Program-made: the position numbers and the translations under genes
The notes under the pieces: model-generated
Told to the model about the DNA's origin: nothing
The model's input: the letters and a program-made list of their open reading frames with translations, nothing else
Databases searched by the model: none
Assembly (NCBI GenBank): GCA_965242725.1
Contig: CBDESZ010000026.1
Span: 64,001-128,000, forward strand
DNA from: Alkalispirochaeta sp.
GTDB taxonomy: Bacteria; Spirochaetota; Spirochaetia; DSM-27196; Alkalispirochaetaceae
Direction of reading: 5' to 3'
DNA length: 64,000 nt
In this document: positions 18,619 to 27,502 of the stretch, piece by piece
Layout: each line of letters opens with the position of its first letter
How positions within the stretch are numbered: the stretch's first letter is position 1

Positions 18619-18849
18619 ATGGCACAGGTGACGATTTATCTTGATGAAGCTCATGAAAGGCGGCTTCGGAAGGCGGCGGAGGATGCGGGGATGCCGGTGA
18701 GCCGGTGGGTTGCGGCTCTCATTGAACGGTATACTCGGACCGAGTGGCCTGCTGAAGTGCGTGACGCCGCCGGATCGTGGCCGGATGCCCCTGATGCAGT
18801 ATCATTGCGAAATCCGTCCGGCCGGGATGTGCCGAGAGAGTCGCTATGA
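18619..18849 (+). CDS. CopG/RHH antitoxin (VapB-like)
   Basis: GGAGG SD; MAQVTIYLDE...AAEDAGMPVSRWVA; ATGA overlap with vapC. Confidence 0.85.
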   Translation: MAQVTIYLDEAHERRLRKAAEDAGMPVSRWVAALIERYTRTEWPAEVRDAAGSWPDAPDAVSLRNPSGRDVPRESL

Positions 18850-19250
18850 CCTACGTTCTCGATACCAATACGCTCATATATTTTTTCAAGGGCCAGGGCG
18901 GCGTGGCGGATACGCTCCTGAGTACTCCGCCTGCGGAGGTTGCAGTGCCGGCAATCGTGGTGTACGAGTTGGAGACGGGAATCCGTAAGTCGTCACACCC
19001 GGAGAAGCGGACGCGGCAATTAAGCTCCCTTCTCGATGCCGCCCGGGTGCTGCCGTTTGATAGGGCGTGCGCGACCGAGGCGGCGCGGGTGCGGGCGGAG
19101 CTCGAGGCATCCGGAACACCGGTCGGTCCCGTGGACGTACTCATTGCCGGTACGGTGATAGCCTGTGACGGCGTACTGGTTACCCACAATGCGGACGAGT
19201 TTAGACGAATCTCCGGATTGCGCATCGTCGATTGGTACCGAATGACCTGA
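18846..19250 (+). CDS. vapC: VapC PIN-domain toxin
   Basis: YVLDTNTLI, YELETG, GPVDVLIAG, LVTHNADEFRRISGL...DW. Confidence 0.92.
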   Translation: MTYVLDTNTLIYFFKGQGGVADTLLSTPPAEVAVPAIVVYELETGIRKSSHPEKRTRQLSSLLDAARVLPFDRACATEAARVRAELEASGTPVGPVDVLIAGTVIACDGVLVTHNADEFRRISGLRIVDWYRMT

Positions 19251-19297
19251 TCGAGAAGCATAACCGGATAGAACCGGCACCCTCGTGGTATACTTGC

Positions 19298-20269
19298 ATG
19301 ACTTCTTCCGCTAAGGGGTCGGCGTTGCGTATATCGCGAATGTGGATAATCTCCGGGCTGGTACTCATTCTTATTGTTTCGGGCATTGCGACGCGTATAT
19401 TGGTCCGCGACGCGCGACCGCTCAGGGGACCGGCGCTGGATGACCTTGATTTTCAGGAAGTGTCGTTCCCGAACAGGGAAGAAGGGTTGCTTCTCGGTGG
19501 ACTCCTCTTCCTGCCGGGCCAACGGCAGGATATACCCGCGGTGGTCATTATCCATGGCTCCGGAACGAGCAGACGCGACAACTCATGGTACCTTTCCGTT
19601 GCCGGCTATCTACAGGAACGAGGTGTGGCGGTACTTCTTCCTGACAAACGGGGATCGGAACGCTCCGAGGGAGACTGGCGCACCGCTGGTTTTGCAGAGC
19701 TTGCTTCCGATGCGATCGCCGGTGTCACGTTTCTTGAGTCGTACGAAATCGGCGATTTCTCGAAGATCGGCGTGATTGGCATGAGTCAGGGCGGACAGAT
19801 CGCCCCGATCGCCGCGACCATGTCGGATGAGGTTGACTTCGTCATCAGCGTATCCGGATCGGCAGTACCTCTGAGGACACAGCTGTTCTATGAAGAAAAT
19901 CACAATCTTCGGGAGCTGGGCGTTCCTCCGCTTCTTTCCAACGTGCTCGCCTACCCTGCGGCCTGGAGTATCATCTATCTGCGGCAGCGGGACTTCTGGA
20001 CGGCGATCGGAAACCCCGACGCGCTGCCCAACTGGAATCAAGTGGATGTGCCTTCGCTCATCCTTTACGGTTCGGACGACACAAATGTACCGGTAACCCG
20101 CAGCGTGAACAGACTGCGTTCACTGGACAAGGAGAACCTGCACATCAACGTCTACCGGGATTCCGGGCACGCTATCGAGGATCCGCCGGGACGGGGTGAT
20201 CGCATCGTCAGAGAGGAAGTTCTCGAGGACATCGTAAGCTTCATCCGAGGGGTCCCCGGACCGCCTTGA
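19298..20269 (+). CDS. Membrane-anchored alpha/beta hydrolase (peptidase S9/S15-like)
   Basis: N-terminal TM, IIHGSG, DKRGSERSEG, GMSQGG nucleophile elbow, D..VP and GH; start uncertain. Confidence 0.85.
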   Translation: MTSSAKGSALRISRMWIISGLVLILIVSGIATRILVRDARPLRGPALDDLDFQEVSFPNREEGLLLGGLLFLPGQRQDIPAVVIIHGSGTSRRDNSWYLSVAGYLQERGVAVLLPDKRGSERSEGDWRTAGFAELASDAIAGVTFLESYEIGDFSKIGVIGMSQGGQIAPIAATMSDEVDFVISVSGSAVPLRTQLFYEENHNLRELGVPPLLSNVLAYPAAWSIIYLRQRDFWTAIGNPDALPNWNQVDVPSLILYGSDDTNVPVTRSVNRLRSLDKENLHINVYRDSGHAIEDPPGRGDRIVREEVLEDIVSFIRGVPGPP

Positions 20270-20300
20270 CCACCGGAATCGGAGCGCTCATTATGGAGTC

Positions 20301-20657
20301 ATGGATGCGAGGGAGACGTTGCGGCAGTTTTACCGGGACCGGGCGACCCGGAAGCGGGAGGATGTCCGGGAACGACGGGAGCGATTTGAGGCGCTTCTTC
20401 CGCATATTGTTGACGGTATTCTGGAACGCGACCCGGAGGTCTCCCGGATCATCCTCTTTGGATCCCTTGCGGAACGGAACGAAGGCGTCGTCAGGGATAT
20501 CGATATCGCCGTCGAAAGCACCGACTTTCTCAAGGTGAGCGGGTGGCTCTTGAGTCTGTCTGAACCTGTTGATGTCGTCGACTTGAACGATCTCTATCCC
20601 CATATCCGGGAGCGGGCGGAATCGAAGGGCAGGGTCCTGTATGAACGACGAGACTGA
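20301..20657 (+). CDS. Minimal nucleotidyltransferase (MNT) antitoxin
   Basis: IILFGSLAE...RDIDIAVE...VDVVDL. Confidence 0.88.
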   Translation: MDARETLRQFYRDRATRKREDVRERRERFEALLPHIVDGILERDPEVSRIILFGSLAERNEGVVRDIDIAVESTDFLKVSGWLLSLSEPVDVVDLNDLYPHIRERAESKGRVLYERRD

Positions 20658-21117
20658 TCGCGCACTGCTGATAGCGGAGCTGGAAGGTGATCTGGCGGCG
20701 CTTCCGGAACTCCTGGCGAGCAATCACAAAAGTATGGAGCGAATCGGTGCGGGAGCAACGGACGATCTGGATTATGCAGCTCTCGGATACACTCTTCATA
20801 ATCTGTACAACCTGATCGAAAATTCCTTTTTTCGTATAGCAAAGCATTTTGAAAATGAACTCGGCAGTGAAGGATGGCACAAGGAGCTTCTGCATCGGAT
20901 GACCCTTTTCATCGAGGGAATCCGCCCGCGGGTAATCGACCGGCCGACGGCGGAACAGATTGATGAACTGAGAGCCTTTCGCTACGTTTTTCGGAATATG
21001 TATCGAAAAAGCCTTGATCCGGAGAAGCTGCTCCTCCTTCAGAAACGGCTGCCGGATATCGTGGATGCCTGGAGACGGGCAATACAGGATTTCATTGACC
21101 TCCTGAAGACCCTTTGA
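20641..21117 (+). CDS. HEPN-domain (HepT-like) toxin
   Basis: LHNLYNLIE..F.RIA, WHKELLHRM, LRAFRYVFRNMY; overlaps the MNT gene. Confidence 0.85.
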   Translation: MNDETDRALLIAELEGDLAALPELLASNHKSMERIGAGATDDLDYAALGYTLHNLYNLIENSFFRIAKHFENELGSEGWHKELLHRMTLFIEGIRPRVIDRPTAEQIDELRAFRYVFRNMYRKSLDPEKLLLLQKRLPDIVDAWRRAIQDFIDLLKTL

Positions 21118-21220
21118 TCGCTAGGAACAGCACGCCCGGCAGCCAACCGATCCGGGCGGCGGCGTCGGACAGAGGCGCGGCCCCGCGGGACGCCCGGCGT
21201 TCAATTAAAAAAAAGAAAAT

Positions 21221-21249
21221 AAAAAAACCCGCCGCAAAGCGACGGGCTT
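21221..21249 (-). terminator. Terminator downstream of tRNA-Asp
   Basis: Minus strand GCCCGTCGC-ttt-GCGGCGGGT followed by a T tract. Confidence 0.8.
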
Positions 21250-21255
21250 GAAGGT

Positions 21256-21329
21256 CGGGAGTGACGGGGATCGAACCCGCGATCTCCGGCTTGACAGGCC
21301 GGCGCGATAACCAACTTCGCTACACCCCC
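21256..21329 (-). tRNA. tRNA-Asp(GTC), CCA not encoded
   Basis: Acceptor GGGGGTG/CACTCCC, anticodon arm CCGGC-CT-GTC-AA-GCCGG, T arm GGTTCGATCC. Confidence 0.97.
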
Positions 21330-21529
21330 TGAAGGCGATGCAACTGCCGCTTCGCGACAATTGCGATGTACGATTTATACCGATTGCGCCAACCTTTGTC
21401 AACGCCTTTTTCTGCGATTCCCTGCGTGCCCTGCAGCGCTTTGCGCGATCCGGCGCGGCGACGTCGGTTTCAGCGGCGCAGGGCGACGGCGCGGGGTGCA
21501 GTGCCCGCCAGTTTCACCTGGCGGCGGAC

Positions 21530-23572
21530 TCAGCCGGGCTGGGACGCCATGACGTCGTGGAGGCTTCCCCCGTTCTGGACGTTGGTAAATCCCAGCTGCT
21601 CGAGTATTCGCTTGCCGTAGGCGGAGCGGGCGCCGGATGCGCAGTAGAGGATGATTTCCCGGTCCCTATCGGTGATCTGCTCCGCCCAGTCGTACACGTC
21701 GTCCAGGTTGACGTTGATTGCGCCGGGATAAGCGCCCATTTGAAACTCCATCGGTGTACGAACATCGACGATGAGGGGGCCGTCGGCGGCAGGCGCGTTG
21801 TCGGCGGCCGCCGCGTCCGTATCACCCTCTGCCTGGTCGCCTGCGTGCGCGCGTCCACCTCCCGCTTCCAGGTCTTCTATGGACTTCCGTTCCACCGGAA
21901 GGAGTCCGACCCTGATGCGGTCAAATCCCGCGGCCCGGGCGTGACGCTCCAGGGAGATGTATCCGCCGGAGAGGTTGTAGACCTTTTCAAATCCGGCGGC
22001 CTTGAGCATGCGCAGGGCGACGTGTCCTTTCTGACCGTCGTCACTGATGAGCAGGATTGCCTGGTCCCGGGGTATTTCGTCCATGTGGTCCCGGAGGATG
22101 TTCTGGCTGGCGTTGGAGCTGCCGGCGAGGTTGGCTTTCCGGAAAGAGATGGGATCCCGCAGGTCTATGGCAATGGGCTGCTCTTTCACGGCGAACTCCT
22201 GCACGTCCTGGGCGAGTATGGAAGGACTGAATCCGCTCATATGATTGGAGGCGGTAAATGCGGCCATGTTGACCGGTCCGTTGGGGCTGTTGAAGGGTGG
22301 TGCGTATGCGAGATCGAGCTCCTCCAGATCCGCCACGGTGAGTTCCCCGGCGATCGCCGTCGCCATGACGTCCAGGCGCTTGTCGATGCCGACGCGACCC
22401 GCCGCCTGAGCTCCCAGTACTTTGCCGCTTTCACGGTCGAAGATCACCATGAGGCTGACCTTTTCCGAACCGGGAAAATATGCGGTGTGGCTCGCCTTGT
22501 GAACCACCACGGCGTCGGCGTTGATTTTCTGTTTTCGCGCCGTCTTCAGGTTGAGTCCCACCGATCCGGCGACGGCACCGAAGACTTTCACGATCGATGT
22601 GCCCATGGCACCCTTGTAGACGCGGGAGCCTCCCAGGGCGTTTTCCGCGACCAGACGCCCCTGCCGATTGGCGGGTCCCGCAAGGGGCATGCGTACCGTT
22701 TGACCCATGACTGTGTGTTCGATTTCCACCATGTCTCCGGCGGCAAATATGTTCTCATCGCTCGTCTGTAGGCGGTTGTTCACCTTGAGGCCGCCGGCGG
22801 CACCCATTTCAAGTCCTGCTTCCTGAGCAAGGGTGAGGGTGGGGCGGACCCCGACGGAGAGAAGGACGAAGTCGGCATCCACATGTTCTCCCGAGTCGAG
22901 TACCAGGTGCCCATCGGCGATCTCCGTCACCGATCGACCGAGGTGGAGATTGATTCCGTAGTCAAGGAGTTCCTTCTGGAGAAATCCGGCAAATTCGCCC
23001 TCCAGATTGGGCATGACCTGGGGTACCATTTCCACGAGGCTCACGTCCATACCCCGTTTGGCGAGGGCTTCAACCATCTCCAGGCCGATAAAGCCGCCCC
23101 CCACGACGACCGCCTTTCGGGGTTCTTCGTTTTCTATGAACCGGTCGATGGCATCCATGTCATCCAGCGTCCACAGCTGAAAGACGTGGTCCTTTTCCAC
23201 ACCGGGAAGGGGCGGGACAACCGGCTTGCCTCCCTGGGCGAGAATCAGACTGTCATAGGAATGCTCCCGCTCCTCACCGGTGGAGAGGTTCCTGGAGAGC
23301 ACCACATTCCGCTCCCGGTCTATTTTCAGGGCTTCCGTCTCGGTATGGACGGTCACGCGATATTGGTCTTCAAAGGTCTGCGGGCTGGCGAGAATGAGGG
23401 ACGAACGGTGCTCGATGTCCCGTCCCAGATAGTAGGGAAGTCCGCAGTTGGCAAAGGATACGTCCGCTCCCCGTTCCAGAATGGTTATTTCCGCTTCTCC
23501 GTCCAGTCTGCGTGCCCGGGCGGCTGCTGTTGCACCGGCGGCAACGCCGCCTATGATTACTATTCGTTTCAT
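21530..23572 (-). CDS. cdr: CoA-disulfide reductase with two C-terminal rhodanese domains
   Basis: GGVAAG, SFANCGLPY, GGGFIGLE, LAGPANRQG, YAPPF; last rhodanese domain YCASGARS. Confidence 0.9.
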   Translation of the reverse strand: MKRIVIIGGVAAGATAAARARRLDGEAEITILERGADVSFANCGLPYYLGRDIEHRSSLILASPQTFEDQYRVTVHTETEALKIDRERNVVLSRNLSTGEEREHSYDSLILAQGGKPVVPPLPGVEKDHVFQLWTLDDMDAIDRFIENEEPRKAVVVGGGFIGLEMVEALAKRGMDVSLVEMVPQVMPNLEGEFAGFLQKELLDYGINLHLGRSVTEIADGHLVLDSGEHVDADFVLLSVGVRPTLTLAQEAGLEMGAAGGLKVNNRLQTSDENIFAAGDMVEIEHTVMGQTVRMPLAGPANRQGRLVAENALGGSRVYKGAMGTSIVKVFGAVAGSVGLNLKTARKQKINADAVVVHKASHTAYFPGSEKVSLMVIFDRESGKVLGAQAAGRVGIDKRLDVMATAIAGELTVADLEELDLAYAPPFNSPNGPVNMAAFTASNHMSGFSPSILAQDVQEFAVKEQPIAIDLRDPISFRKANLAGSSNASQNILRDHMDEIPRDQAILLISDDGQKGHVALRMLKAAGFEKVYNLSGGYISLERHARAAGFDRIRVGLLPVERKSIEDLEAGGGRAHAGDQAEGDTDAAAADNAPAADGPLIVDVRTPMEFQMGAYPGAINVNLDDVYDWAEQITDRDREIILYCASGARSAYGKRILEQLGFTNVQNGGSLHDVMASQPG

Positions 23573-23583
23573 ATCGATCTCCC

Positions 23584-23609
23584 GTTATGTATAATAATTT
23601 ATATATAAC
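23584..23609. promoter_or_regulatory. AT-rich inverted repeat overlapping the cdr -10
   Basis: GTTATGTATAA-taat-TTATATATAAC; TTGACA-17-TATATA promoter on the minus strand. Confidence 0.6.
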
Positions 23610-23682
23610 AAGAGAGCGATTATCTGTCAAGGGGCGGCGATTTCGCGGTTCTGACTTTGCCGGGAGCCGGCGTTCCCGAGCG

Positions 23683-24477
23683 TTATGGGGCCGTCGGGGG
23701 AGCGACCTTCCGGAAGGTAACAATATCGCCGGGGGCACGACCGACGACTGTGTAGTTATACCGTCGCGAAACCCATGCCACCGTCTCCTCCGTCCAGAAC
23801 GAGACGTGGGTGTGATCGTTCCGGTACCACCAGCGGGTGAATTCGTCCCCGGTACCCGCAAAGAGACCCGTCCGAACGGCGAAGAGGCCTCCTTCTCTCT
23901 TCAGGAGCGAGTCAATTCTTCCAAGCTCCTTCCCGGGATTGTGAAAATGTTCAACCACTTCCACGGCGGTAATCGCATCGTATCGTTCTATGTGGGTGAG
24001 GGCGTCGGTTTCTGCCGTGAAAAAGGGGTCGTAGCCGGTTGCGTCATAGCCGCGCTCGCGGAGAAGCTCAACCAGAGCCGGTTCCGGACCGCTTCCGTAG
24101 TCGAGGACCGCCGGGGCACTCCCGGGGGCGACGCCTCCCGCACCGTTCTCGTGAGGCGCCGGGGCGCCCGGCTGCAGGAAGGGGGATAGGGCGCGTTCAA
24201 TAAATGTCGTAAGATAGCGGCGGTAGCGAGGGTCATCGAGGCTATTGTTGTGCTCCTGATAGCGCTCCCGCTCCTCCGCCGGAGCGGGAAGATCCGCCTC
24301 GGTACTTTGTATCAGACCGCATTCGGGACAGCGCATGTACCGCCATGTGCGGTGCCTTCCACCGATCCTTTCAGACATCGAGCCTCTCCGGACAGTTATC
24401 GGTGCGGAAATCCACAGTATCGCCGTCGTTCCGCATAGCCTGCACCGTTCGCTAATTGTTGACCGCATATGTTGCAT
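23683..24477 (-). CDS. Class I SAM-dependent methyltransferase with N-terminal Zn ribbon
   Basis: CRLCG/CPECG, VLDYGSGP, YDPFF, EVVEHF, WWYRNDHTHVSFW; start uncertain. Confidence 0.85.
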   Translation of the reverse strand: MQHMRSTISERCRLCGTTAILWISAPITVRRGSMSERIGGRHRTWRYMRCPECGLIQSTEADLPAPAEERERYQEHNNSLDDPRYRRYLTTFIERALSPFLQPGAPAPHENGAGGVAPGSAPAVLDYGSGPEPALVELLRERGYDATGYDPFFTAETDALTHIERYDAITAVEVVEHFHNPGKELGRIDSLLKREGGLFAVRTGLFAGTGDEFTRWWYRNDHTHVSFWTEETVAWVSRRYNYTVVGRAPGDIVTFRKVAPPTAP

Positions 24478-24493
24478 TTACTATATTTTCCCC

Positions 24494-24913
24494 GTGGCAT
24501 CGAAGCTTCGCAAGAGTAAACAAAGAGATCGTATCTATCAGCTTCTCAAAATGAGCAGGCAGCACGTCACCGCGCACTGGATCTGTGAAACACTTCGGGA
24601 TGAGTTCCCGACGTTGAGTCTGGGAAACGTCTATCGCAATCTCAACATTCTCGCCGAACAGGGACTCGTCAACCGCCTCGGCTTCGGGAGCAACACCGAC
24701 GTCTATGAAGCGGTGAGAGAACCGCACTATCACTTTGTCTGTGAAGTGTGCGGGGCGATAGAAGACGTCAGGATTCCTGTCGATATGCAACAGACCGTTG
24801 AAAACCTCATTCGCGACCAGTACGGACATCTGGTAACGCGGAAATCCGTGGAGTTTCACGGCATTTGCAGTGCCTGTCGGGCGAGCAGGGCGGATACTCG
24901 CGACCCTATCTGA
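24494..24913 (+). CDS. Fur/PerR-family regulator
   Basis: SKQRDRI, HVTA, LSLGNVYRNL, PHYHFVCEVCG, GICSAC; GTG start inferred. Confidence 0.9.
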   Translation: MASKLRKSKQRDRIYQLLKMSRQHVTAHWICETLRDEFPTLSLGNVYRNLNILAEQGLVNRLGFGSNTDVYEAVREPHYHFVCEVCGAIEDVRIPVDMQQTVENLIRDQYGHLVTRKSVEFHGICSACRASRADTRDPI

Positions 24914-26016
24914 TCGAGGGGCAGTATTTCCGTGGCCGCCTGCGCCTCAACGGCGGCGCGGGGCATACCATAGACAACCGATGTCGTCTCGTTCTGGATG
25001 ATCGTTGTTCCACCGGCGCGGTGTACGGCGACGCATCCTTCCGCACCGTCCCGTCCCATTCCCGTCAGGAGGACGGCGATGACGCCTTTGCCGTAGGACG
25101 ACGCGGCGCTCTCAAAGAGAATATCCACACTCGGTTTCTGAAACTGCCGTCGCTCTCCATCATTCAGCTCAACAGTATTCCGTTGTACAGTCATGTGAAG
25201 CCCCGACGGCGCCACAAGTATCGAGTCGGGTTTCAGTTCTTCCCCGCCCGTTGCGACGGAGACGTCGCGATGGGCCGTTTCACGAAGCCAGCGGGCAAAC
25301 CCTTCTGAAAATCCGTGGGAAATATGCTGTACTATCGCAACGGGAACGGGTATCGGTTCCGGCAGTTCCTGTATGACCGCCCTGATCGCCTGGGGACCGC
25401 CCGTCGATGCGCCGATGACGATGATAGTTCCGGGACGACGAGACGGTACGTGAACGTGGCGTGTTGTACCTCCGACTTCCGCGCTGGGGCGGAGGCCGGA
25501 GCGCGCGCCGGGACATGCTGCTTCTTCAGCCGCGACGGCGCGATAATGAGCCGGTGACGTGCGCCGCAGGGCGTACAGCGTCCGCAGGAGGGGCGCGCGG
25601 CCTTCCTCGGTGGTGAAGGCGCGAACATCGGGTCGACGTCGGATGAGGGTGAACCCCTCTCTTCTGAGGAGCGCTTCCCGTTGGATTGTAAACTCGGGAA
25701 TTAATACGAGTGAGGGTATGCGCGCCCGCCGCTGGACGCGGCGGGCGCTGTTGAGCTGCGCCGTATCGTCCGGGTTGAAGTCCAGCAGGAGCACATCCGC
25801 ACCCGCGGGAGCCGTCCCTGCGTCGCCCTCTCCCTCGGCCCCCGCGGCGTCTGCTTCTGCGGCGTCTCCTTTGTTTCCCGCGGCTCCCGCACCTCCCTGG
25901 CCGAGAAGGGACGCCTCCACGACAACACAATCTCCCTCGCTGCCGAAAGCGTTCGCAAGGAGCGTTCTCATTGTCGGTGAGGCGCTGAAGATTCGCAGTC
26001 GGATGAGGTCGTCCAC
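24856..26016 (-). CDS. cheB: Chemotaxis methylesterase with degenerate receiver domain
   Basis: IGASTGGP, VQHI, PSVDILF, LTGMGRDGAEG, VVYGMP. Confidence 0.88.
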   Translation of the reverse strand: MDDLIRLRIFSASPTMRTLLANAFGSEGDCVVVEASLLGQGGAGAAGNKGDAAEADAAGAEGEGDAGTAPAGADVLLLDFNPDDTAQLNSARRVQRRARIPSLVLIPEFTIQREALLRREGFTLIRRRPDVRAFTTEEGRAPLLRTLYALRRTSPAHYRAVAAEEAACPGARSGLRPSAEVGGTTRHVHVPSRRPGTIIVIGASTGGPQAIRAVIQELPEPIPVPVAIVQHISHGFSEGFARWLRETAHRDVSVATGGEELKPDSILVAPSGLHMTVQRNTVELNDGERRQFQKPSVDILFESAASSYGKGVIAVLLTGMGRDGAEGCVAVHRAGGTTIIQNETTSVVYGMPRAAVEAQAATEILPLDQIGSRVSALLARQALQMP

Positions 26017-26162
26017 TTTGTCATTGTCGGCATGACGGGGAACCCGCCCGAGGCGATCCGTGGGGAAGTGTTGTTATAAGGCCGGTCATGCCGCTCCGGC
26101 AGACCGGGCCGACGCGCCGGCGGGATGTTTTCAGCAAAACGGGCCGACGCACCTGCGGGACG

Positions 26163-27443
26163 TTAAATCACCGTTCCTGCCGGCAGAGAGGTGTTCTTCG
26201 GAACGATGATAATGCCGTCACGCACGTAGCACCGGTCGTAATCACCGTCCGGGGGCACCCCGTCCCACCCGATTGAGCAATTGTCACCGATGCGGGTGTT
26301 CTTGTCGATGATTGCGTGGCGGATACGGCAGTTCTTCCCGATACCGACGGGAGGCAGCGATTTGCCGCCGTCCATACGCTCCGGGCCCGGCTCTTCATAG
26401 TAGTCCGCACCCATGCAAATGACGCCGTCCAGATGTGTGCCTTCACGGACGATCTTGCGGATGCCCACAACCGATCGCTCGATAACGTTATCCGTGAGAA
26501 TACAGCCGTCGGCGATCAGGGAATTGGAAATGCGGGCCGAATTGATCTTGCTCGGCGGAAGGTCGCGGCGGTGGGTGTATATGGGGCTGTTCTCGTCAAA
26601 AAGGTTGAACGCCGGTGTGATATCGGCGAGAGCGAGGCTGGTGTGGTAGAAGCTCTCGATCGTACCGATGTCTTCCCAGAATCCGTCAAAGAGATAGGCG
26701 TTGACCTCCATTTTGTCGATCATCATGGGAATCACTTCGTGGCCGAAGTCGGTGTACTGATTGTCCAGCGCCCGCTCCAGCGCATCGGCGTTGAAGACGT
26801 AAATGCCCATGGACGCCATGTAGTCCCGTCCGGGGCGGTAGTTGGGCACCGCATCCCTGGCGCCCTCGGGGATTTTCATGGCGGTAATGTCCTTTTCCAG
26901 CGGCGGCTTCTCGGTGAAGTTGTTGATCCGCAGCTCCTCGTCTACGGTGAGAATCCCGAATCCCACCGCCTCCTCCCGCGTTACCGGAAGGACCGCCACC
27001 GTTGCGTCGGCGCCGCTGGCCACATGCTTTTCGTAAAAGTCCTTCAGATCCATACGGTAGAGCTGGTCTCCCGAAAGGATCATGTAGTGGCTCGGTTTGC
27101 GGGTCCGGAAATGGACGAGATTCTTCCGTACCGCGTCGGCAGTTCCCTCATACCAGCCGCTGTGTTCAAAGGTCTGTTCCGCCGCGAGGATTTCGACGAA
27201 ACCCTTTGTAAAACTGTCAAAAATATAGGTGTTGTTGATATGTAAATGCAGCGAAGCCGAATTGAACTGGGTCAGTACGTATATTTCCTTGAAATTTGCA
27301 TTGATACTGTTTGAAAGGGGAATATCCACCAACCGGTATTTCCCTCCGAAGGGCACTGCCGGTTTGGAACGCTCTGCTGTCAGCGGGAAGAGACGCGTCC
27401 CTTTGCCTCCACCCATTACAACGGTCAGTACATCATTTGCCAT
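26163..27443 (-). CDS. glgC: Glucose-1-phosphate adenylyltransferase
   Basis: GGGKGTRLFPLT..RSKPAVPFGGKYRLVDIP, WYEGTADAV, LSGDQLYRMD, ASMGIY, WEDIGT; TTGACC-17-TACACT-6-ATG promoter. Confidence 0.96.
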   Translation of the reverse strand: MANDVLTVVMGGGKGTRLFPLTAERSKPAVPFGGKYRLVDIPLSNSINANFKEIYVLTQFNSASLHLHINNTYIFDSFTKGFVEILAAEQTFEHSGWYEGTADAVRKNLVHFRTRKPSHYMILSGDQLYRMDLKDFYEKHVASGADATVAVLPVTREEAVGFGILTVDEELRINNFTEKPPLEKDITAMKIPEGARDAVPNYRPGRDYMASMGIYVFNADALERALDNQYTDFGHEVIPMMIDKMEVNAYLFDGFWEDIGTIESFYHTSLALADITPAFNLFDENSPIYTHRRDLPPSKINSARISNSLIADGCILTDNVIERSVVGIRKIVREGTHLDGVICMGADYYEEPGPERMDGGKSLPPVGIGKNCRIRHAIIDKNTRIGDNCSIGWDGVPPDGDYDRCYVRDGIIIVPKNTSLPAGTVI

Positions 27444-27502
27444 AATTTCAGTGTAAGACCGGCGACTGGAGCGGTCAAGGAAATACATGCTACCATACGG
27501 CG

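Noticed and set aside
21120..21204. GC-rich spacers (also 6470-6540, 8645-8755, 26020-26160) as a REP/MITE family
   Set aside because: No shared sequence between them that I could verify
8600..21330. Prophage or integrative element at tRNA-Asp
   Set aside because: No integrase, structural genes or att duplication seen by eye
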